From NCBI GenBank assembly GCA_000708835.1, contig DF237354.1, positions 1 through 64,000 on the forward strand: DNA of 64,000 nt, written 5' to 3'. Below, in pieces: positions 55,830 through 64,000 of the stretch (position 1 is the stretch's first letter; every line of letters begins with the position of its first letter). Source of the stretch: Klebsormidium nitens. Lineage: Eukaryota > Plantae > Klebsormidiophyceae. The notes below the pieces were generated by a model. That model saw only the letters and a list, made by a program, of their open reading frames with translations, was not told the origin of the DNA and made no database searches. A program made the translations under genes and the position numbers.

Positions 55830-58800
55830 AATTGACGCAAATTGATGCAAACACGATCATGAAGGCTGTGCCTAACATGGTTAGATGAGATCACAGATGT
55901 GACAAGCCAGCATATGCATCCAATCAACAATCGGTTTCACCCCGCGGCAAGCCGCGCTTGCAAAGCCGACTAATCCATTCTAAACGAGGGACAAGGCATC
56001 AGGAAATACGAATTCTTCCCCCTGACCGCGGCCCCTTGGCTGGCGTTGCATGCGCAGCCCGGCCGGGGCATAGCCTTTTCGCCTCGCGCGGCCGCCGCAC
56101 AGTCTGGTGGCGGCCGCGCAGCTTGAAAGCCGTCTCGCCAGCGCGGCCGCGCCGCTCTGGACACTCGGCCGCTCAGGCAAGCGCTGTCGCGCGCGCGCTT
56201 AAAGCTGGCCGGACACGACACCAGGGCGTCGGATGTGGCTCGGCAAGTCATGGCGAATGGCCGGTGGTGAGAAGCACGGTTGAATCGCGCGCGCGCAAAG
56301 GGCGCCCTGGCCGTGCATGTACGCGCATACTGTGACGAGTCGCAGGCGGCGCGGCCACGGCCATTTTAACACTTGTCGACGCAACCTGCAGGCCAAATCA
56401 AACGGCTGAACCGAATTTTAAAGGCGTATCATATGCGTGATCTAGACGATCCGAAGTTGAGGAAGGAGCTGTCAAAGCCACGCCACCTTCGCTCTTAGCT
56501 TCCGAAACGTTTGCCAGTCGGAGGCACGCTGACCAAAGTGGCGCTGTTTTCCGGCGACTTGTACGTCTCTCGTTTGGTTCTGGCATGAACAACCAGAAAT
56601 AAGGAGGCGATGATGACGAAATACAGATCTGGGCAGTACGTCTGTCGTGACTGCCCATGGCTCTTTCCTCTACGGTCGAAGGAGCCAGGTCCATATAGTG
56701 TGCGCCGTCTATCATTACTTGCGTCCGAGACTTGCGCTACGTCGTCCGGATATTCGAAGTTTCATTGTACGGCGCTTCGCGAGATGATCAAACGTGTTCT
56801 CTAGTTTTATAGCTTGAGATGGAGCGCTATCCATCTCACCGCAATGCCATATTGAATATCTGACGTTGAGAATGAAGCGCGAAGTGCCTGGCAGGCCGAT
56901 CCAGAGACTGCGGTGATGATGCAGGTTTAGCAATGCAGCTGGGCGGATCGTTCCACACATGCATTTTTTCACTGAGCCGCTGGCACCTCGCCTGCTCCTC
57001 GTACACAAAGCATTACTCGCTCTATGATCTGATTCCTTGTCCCAAAGGTATGAAAGGCGCTTGTCGTAACGAGACGGCCTTCTATTCAATGGGCCTGTCA
57101 CAAGCAAGTTGCTTCCACTCCTTACAACTCTGTTACAGGAAGGTTGTCACACTGTCAATACTTCTGTGGTCTGTCCCCATAAGATTGCCTGAATCAAGGA
57201 CTCTTGGCTTGGCGGCGACACGACGCCAGGTGACGCGCTAGATTGTGGGTGATCGTCTTAATGCGCTAGCAAGAGGTATTTTCCAAGGGTTCGGTGGTCA
57301 ACAGACTCCTCTCAATGGCACTTTGATGGTTGCCTTACTTATTCAAGGTAAGGTCTTCAGTCTTCGGACCCGCCAAAACCTTTCAGGCTGCCGTTCTGTT
57401 GAAATTTTCAGGTAAAGCTATCAGTAATTTAAACGAGTTCCTTAGCAGGCAGGTAGAAATGCTTTTAGGTCCGAAAGAGTTTTCATAAAGGCCCGTCGCT
57501 TCCTGGAGCACTTGCGGACATAGGAGAATGGTGGTAATGACCACACGTTTGCCTAATGAAGGCCGGGAGTCGAAAGACTTTTCGAAGCTATGACGCCGTC
57601 ACATTCCAATGAGTTTGGCTGCGGAACTGCTCTTTTCAGAGACATTGCCGTCCTCGACGCTTCAAGTTGCGTCATCATCAACTTTGAGTGGGTGCTTGTG
57701 CTGGCCGGACCTTGGCTTGCATCTTGAGATCTACGTGTACTACCTGCTCAAGTGTAACTTTGGTGACAGTGATGGATCTCGAACGTTCAAAAAGTTTCAA
57801 AAGGTTCAAAAGTTTTCAAACGATTGTCTGTCTTAATGACGGGGGTCCCTAACCCGTCGATGAGCCATAAAATTCAGTGACGAGTACCCTTACTCGGTAG
57901 ATAACTCTCACAAAAAAACGCACTGACCATCCGTTCGTTGATTCTAATCTTAGCACCTTCCACCTTCGTGGGCGCTTCTTCTGAGCGCTCGAATGGGGCG
58001 CCTCGGCAATGACGGGATTCGAAATCTTACTAGATGAATGGAAATTCTCGCCCCTCCTTGCAGACGCTAAACATATTGCAACTCTGATCTTGCTGTACGT
58101 TTTCCCGGTTTCAAAACGCTGTCGCGTATGGTGCCTTCTTACACCTGTTCCGGATCGAACTCGACAGTGGCAATGATGCAAACAAGATCATGAAGGCTGT
58201 GCCGATTTGCGCGGCAAGATCAGATCCCAGCGTGACAAGCCACCATCCATTCAATCACATTAATGGTTTCACCCCGCAGCAAGCCGCGCTCGCGAAGCGG
58301 GCTGTTCAAGAAGCGAAGGACGAGGCATCAGAGATACGAGTCGGAAATAGTCCCCAATCGCGGCCCCTTGACTGGTGTTGCACGCGCAGCCCGGCCGCGC
58401 ACGGCCTTTTTGCCGCGGGCGGCCGCTGCCTACTCTGGTGGCGGCCGCGCGCGCAGCTCGAAGGCCGTCTTTTGGCCCGCCGCGGCGGCTCCGTTCGGCC
58501 GCTCAGGCAATGGCTGCCACGCGCGCGCTTAGAGCTGGCCGGACGATGTCGGCAAGTCATGGCGAGTGGCCGGTGGCGAGAAGCACGGTTGAGACGCGCG
58601 CGCGCAAAGAGCGCCCTGGCCGCGCATGTGCGCATACATGAACGCCGCAAGAGTCGCAGCCGGCCGCGGCCAGCTTCAAAACTTGTCGAAGCAACCTGCA
58701 GGCCAAAATTGAACAGCTAAATCGAATTCCCAAGGCGTATCTTATGCGTTGTTTGGAAGGTCTGAGGATGAGGAAAGAGCTAACACCACGCCGCCCTCGC

Positions 58801-58990
58801 TTCCGAATCGTTTTCTGCCAGGTACTAGGCACGCTGATCTGAGTGACGCTTTTCTGTTGACTTGTAGTCCCGTTCCCTTCCAGTATTATAAGCAAAAGTT
58901 TGAAAGGGCAATGACGGGAAAATGTAAAGTTGGGCAGTGCGTCTTTCGTGACTGCCCATCCGCTCAGCCGCTCGTCGGTTATTACAGAAG
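55830..58990 (+). repeat. Array units F (~55830-56800) and G (~58160-58990), close paralogue pair ~2.33 kb apart
   Basis: gatgcaaaca.gatcatgaaggctgtgcc, cgcggccccttg.ctgg.gttgca.gcgcagcccggccg, ggctcggcaagtcatggcga/tcggcaagtcatggcga and gcaacctgcaggccaaa present in both. Confidence 0.85.
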
Positions 58991-59899
58991 CCATTGTCAA
59001 TACCGTGCGCGCGTCCACCGCATCTGCGTTAGACTGCGCTAATTTCATCGATCGTTCATCACACGGCGCCTTGGGGGATGATTCCCTGTCTTTTAGTGAA
59101 GGCGTGACAAGAAGTTCTCGCATGGCAGCCCGTCTTCGCATCGATTTCCTTCTTGCAAACTCCAACACACGAGCAATGGTAAACAGCAAACCTGAGTGCG
59201 GTCAGGCTAATCGAGGCATCGTCGTGGCAATGAAAGTGTACAGCTGGGCGATCCGGCGCCCACGTGCCCAGTTTGCGGTCTTCCTGAGTCCCTGGTGCTT
59301 CTGTAACATTTTAGACATTCTTGGTAGCGCTTTTCTCAACAGGGCTTCAAGATCACTGGTTTTTCACCATTTTGCTGCTTTCCACTCTTTGTCTCTGGTG
59401 ATTCAAGGCCGTTGATTATACAAGTAGCTTGAGACGGGTCTGGATGTAAAGTGATTCCATAACGTGAAGCCTGTCAACTCGCACTTCCTAGAGGACTTCC
59501 CAATGGACGAGTATGCTACTCTTGATAACAGCTGTTGGCATCAGAGGATAAACTCCTGCGTGAATCTGCCATACCACCCTAAACCCCTAAACACTCTGCC
59601 AATACTTTTCATTTGAGTGAGTCAGAATCTGCTTATGGGCGAGGAAGTTCCTCTCAATGGTGATGCGGGAGACATAACCGGCTCGCCAACGTTGGATTAA
59701 TTCTCTCTCGGACGCCCGATGAACGATACGATCACAACAACCAGCTTACTTTTTTCTGAGTGTGGTAGCAACGGGAGGCAGTCAGAGTTCATTCGGGTCT
59801 AATGCTCTTGAGATGTGATTCGATTCTGCCTTCCAGCCCGAACTACACAATCGAGACAAGGTCAGGTGAACTGAAAACCATTCATAGAGATTGGAAACG

Positions 59900-62800
59900 T
59901 ATTCGCATCTGCACAGTCAGCTTCGCCTTAAAGCCGGGCTGCCGGGCGCACCGACCGGTTGATCCTCTACCGGTCGCTGTCTGTACGTCCGCTTCCGAAC
60001 TGCTTGGCTTCGTCCCTGCCAGGTATAATACCGCATCCTCTCAATCTCGTACAAAAAGTGGGCGCGCACGCAATGAGCATCCTTGGACGCGCCGACACTT
60101 TTAGCCGCGCTCCCGCGCAGGTGCGCGCACGCGAAGAAGAGCCGTAGTCGGCCGCGCGCGGCCAGCCCAACTTCTCCTTTCAAAAAATACATGCTAAAAT
60201 CGAACGGCCGATCGCCTTAGCAAGCAGATTACAGTGCGAGCCGTTTGGAAAGTCTACGATTGAGAAACAAGCTCACACCTCGTGACCTCACTCTTACTTT
60301 CCGGAGTAGTCGCCACTTGTTACGCCCGTTTATCTGGCGCCTTCTTTGTAACTCTTCACCTAATTCCTCCTTTCATTAATACTCCGGAGGGTTGAAAGGG
60401 CAATGACAGAAGCTCTGTGTTTGTGGACCCCGTTGTTCAACGTGACTTCCCACAACTGTCAGGAGATCTGGAGGAGTCCAATCAGGGCGCGCCGGCGTCA
60501 GATCGTCGTTCACATCACATCATGCCGCATTCGTCCGCTTGTTCATTAAAAGGCGCTCTGACTGATTATCCAAATCGGTGCTCCAGATTGAGCGTGACCG
60601 GAATGTTCTCCATGCAGCCCGAGCTTGTTTTTGGTTCTCCTCGATGTAGAGTCAGACTCCAAACATACTGCAAACAACGTAAATACCACCAAACATTTCG
60701 CATTCCGCTTCTGCACTGACAGTCTGTACGGTTTTCTTTTGAACTTATGCTGTTTGGTAACGGGAATTACAATATCTATTCCAAATCAAAATTGACGGTG
60801 GCAATGATCAACATTCAAGTCCTGCTAATCGAGGCAGGAAAAATTGTGTCAGTGATGCTATTGAATCTAAGAAGATGTTAACAATCTGCGCATCGCGTTC
60901 AATACGGGCTGAGCTATGCTTTTAAGTAGTGTTTGCTATCTCCGAGCTATTGGACAACAGGATGGAACGTGCCACGTGCACGCGCGTTCGTCCTTGCACA
61001 AGTTTCAAACCAAGGCCAATTTCCTCTTAAGCTGCGTTCGTGTCTTCCAACTTCGATTTTGTTGGCCCAAAAAACTGACAATGTTGACCGCCGACCATGA
61101 AGCACCAAGCTCTGACTTATATTAAAATGGGCTCACTGATCAATCAGTTCTGACGTCAGCGACTCGCATGCTCTTGCGACGCATAGATCAGACACACTGC
61201 CACCATGGCAAGAGCTTTACGAAGATGGACGACTATGCCAAACGCAGCGGCCTTCTTCTTGCAAGCTTCCGTCTGCCAATACCCCTTGTCGTTCTCCGGT
61301 TAAGCGCCCAGGTAATTTTGTACCATGCTTGATCGAGCTAGAGTTGTAGAACCTACGGAACCACGCAGACGCCTTTGCGGTAGTCTCTGCGTCGACTTCG
61401 AGTCATTTGGAAGCGCTTGCTGTGCTGTTCTCTAAGGCTTCTCCTTTGGACTTGCTTTCACATACGGTGTGCCTTGATTCCGCTCCGACTTGAAATTTTT
61501 GACACTGGCAATGATGAATATAATCTGAATGCTATGCCAATCTTGGCAGTTCAAACTCCTCGATCACATTTACTAGCCAACATTCCAACCTTAATCGGTG
61601 CCGTCACGAAACCGGCCGCGCTCGAAAAGCGGACCAGTCAAGAAAGTAAAGAAGTATGGGATGAGGCATCACTGAAAGATATCCCGACCGTAGCGCTTTG
61701 GCTGGCACGCGCGTAGAGCTCAATCCCCGCTCGCGGCTGCTGCGCATTCTGAACTACGCGCAGATCGAGGCCGCGTAGCTCAAAAGGGCCCGCTGTGGCC
61801 GCCGTGGGCAGGAGTTTCGGCCGCTAAGGTAGTGGGGTTGACGAGCTCGAGCGCGACCGGTCGACCAGATGCCCCACATCGGCAGCACAGTTACAGCCGT
61901 GCCTCGCACGGCCGGGCGCTCACTGGGCTTGTCCGAAACCGTCCAGATATTGCGCGCGCTCGCGCCGGAAAACAGCACAGTGGTTCAAAGACGTACGCGC
62001 ACAGAGCACCTGTCGTCGCCACTGCCATTCCGAGTCGAGCGGCGCCCGCCGCGCCGCGCGGGTGCGCGCGTACGGCGAAGAGCCGCAGGCGGCTGCTGCC
62101 GACAGCTCGAAACTTGTTTCGACGCAGTTTTTGTGTGTGAGTTGAAGAGCAGGATGATCGTCGCGATCAGAATACGTATCGTATTCTCACACTTCGCCGC
62201 TTCTACTGCCAGCTTCTCGCCACTGACCAGGCCCGTTGACTTGATCTAGCGCCTTTCTTTAGTGCCTTTGGAACCCGTTTCCCTCCTCCAACGTTCTTGA
62301 TGTTTGAAAGGCAATGAAGAAGGCTTCTCAGGATTTGTGCCAAATGCAGGCTCCAGCATGCAAACGAGTGTAGAATGAATCTCGAGTGCTAAGACCATAT
62401 CGGACGTCGTGGTGATGATGAATGTTTCGACATATATGGGCAGATTCGCCCAGATTGAGTGGTGATTCTTCTGATGCCGCTCGCGCTTCAGTGAAAGTGC
62501 CGTTCTTACATGAGCACGTACTTTACTTAAGAGTGTCTTCTTCCCGCATACTACGCATGTCGGGCTCAACTTCTGACCTGTGTCCTGGTCCCAGCTTTCT
62601 TTTGGCCAATCGCACTTGTCAATGTGGGAATAGCTTGACAAGGCGTCTTGACGAAATTCATTCTACTACCTTAAATTCGCCTCACCTCGCTGTTTCTGAG
62701 AGTCTGCTAAGTGAACGAGTATTACTTTTCATGACAGCTGGCAAGCGGGTCGAAGGTCACTTAATGAGATTTACGAAAGGTCTGGCTTTCATTGTCGTTT

Positions 62801-63300
62801 AAATCCAGGCTTCTCCCGCGGTGCCGTTTCCATTTGAAACCCGAAGGTCGTAGAACCTGCAAGCGCCGATCTGGATGATCATCACATGAGTCGACAAAAG
62901 TAGCCAAAAGTAATGATTGTTAATTTCGCACCTGTTTGAAGCGCTTGCTTCAATCTGATCCTCTCAACGCGGGCCATGACTGAAACGGCGTTGGGCGGGC
63001 GGGTGGGACTTTTCGTCTCATTGATCCACCCTTGATTGCTGAGTCCGTTTTCGAGCCCCGATAAGGTTTGATAGCTTGATTTCCCGAGTCTGGGGACATC
63101 AAAAACCCATACGTCGAAGAACGACTGGTATACGTAATAGCCCATACATGCATATCTGCCGGAATTTGTAAGATTTCTGTACATTCCTGTATATTTTGGG
63201 AGAACTACTGACAAGGGACGCAACTCACGTAGCCGTGTAGAGAGCGTGGCCAAATAAGAAGACTCTGTACTATTTACTTCAACCCTATGAGACGGCTATT
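59900..63300 (+). repeat. Array units H (core ~59930-60520), an isolated anchor at ~60795, and I (~61500-63300)
   Basis: H has tacaaaaagtgggcgcgca, gcgcaggtgcgcgcac, gaaagggcaatgac and cgtgacttccca. I is described under unit E. Confidence 0.7.
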
Positions 63301-64000
63301 TGGAATCGGTGTTTCTGTGTGCGGCGATATCCAAGCTCCGGGCAGTGTATCTTCAAAAGAAGGACCTCTGTACCCAGTTGGAAGCGATACCGTTGGCTTG
63401 GCGGTGACACGACTCTATATTGATGGTCTTTCTTGCGCTAGATCATGGAAATCCCTCCACGTGCTCAAGCTTCTGCGATTGAAATCAACGGTTTTCTTTC
63501 AAACGCAATTGTTTTCTTTCTTCACGAAGAGGTCTAGGCACCTGACAAGCACTGTAGACTGCCCTTTTGTTTCAGTTCCTCTGGCAGTGCACTCAGTAAC
63601 CATCAGAGCCATTAGCAGGCGACTGGGATCAGGTCACAGATTAGTGATAATTGTGAGTTCCCTTGGCTTACAAAGAAAGCAACTGTGAAGAATCAAAGAG
63701 AAAGGTGGCAATGATGACAGTACTCATTCCCCGGGCTTCCGCCAACGCTGGGACTTTATGTCAACGGTCAAAGAGCCGCAACAAGGCAACCGCTAGGAAT
63801 GCGAAGATCGCTCTTTTCCGCAAAAAGGGAGCGAAAAAACACGTCAACGGCGCTTAGATCTATGTTTCGACTCTAAACTTTTGAGCTGGCCGTACCCGGT
63901 TGCACCTTGAGGACTTTTTAGGAGACCCGCTGCAAATGTTTGTTTGCTGCCAGTGATGGACAGATTGTTTTTGACGAGGTTATTTTCAGATCGAAAGTCG

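Larger units (their letters stand above)
43630..64000 (+). repeat. Degenerate head-to-tail array of ~10 diverged copies of a 1-3 kb unit with CG-rich core
   Basis: Shared anchor ACRGTGGCAATGATG(...AAGGCYGTGCC) near 43638, 45328, 48218, 52523, 55830 (degenerate), 58163, 60795, 61501, 63704. Shared downstream blocks: GGCCAYGCTGGTGYGC, AAACTTGTTTCGACGC, GCAATGAC, CGTGACTGCCCA, GAAGGAGCYAG, GCCGGAAGTGG and GAGACCTCTGCTTCTA. All copies are in the same orientation. Unit boundaries are approximate. Confidence 0.85.

Noticed and set aside
52419-59415. 150-210-aa Ala/Arg-rich ORFs on both strands over the array cores
   Set aside because: Stops are rare in such GC-rich DNA, ORFs overlap in several frames, and paralogous copies break the same frames; not called as genes.

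Overview
Eukaryotic genomic window with GT-AG introns. Plant-type APTX, class II ACBP and AER orthologues suggest a streptophyte green alga such as Klebsormidium (inference). The window has two halves. Bases 1-32.8 kb hold seven intact spliced genes in strictly alternating orientation (+,-,+,-,+,-,+): a Kir-family channel homologue lacking the K+ selectivity filter, DTWD2, TM-ACB-ankyrin ACBP, an EEF1AKMT4/METTL13-like methyltransferase, a PBZ-kinase-macro-HIT-ZnF aprataxin fusion, a GT37/GT23-like fucosyltransferase and a 2-alkenal reductase. I checked exon lengths and phases by hand. From ~33 kb to the end I find no intact gene. It is decayed sequence, and from 43.6 kb a head-to-tail array of about ten highly diverged copies of an unidentified 1-3 kb unit with a CG-rich core. 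One copy carries a young insertion with TG...CA ends, a 5-bp target duplication, and terminal direct repeats that are themselves 82-bp palindromes overlapping a tRNA-like A-box/B-box arrangement. A 200-N assembly gap lies inside this insertion.
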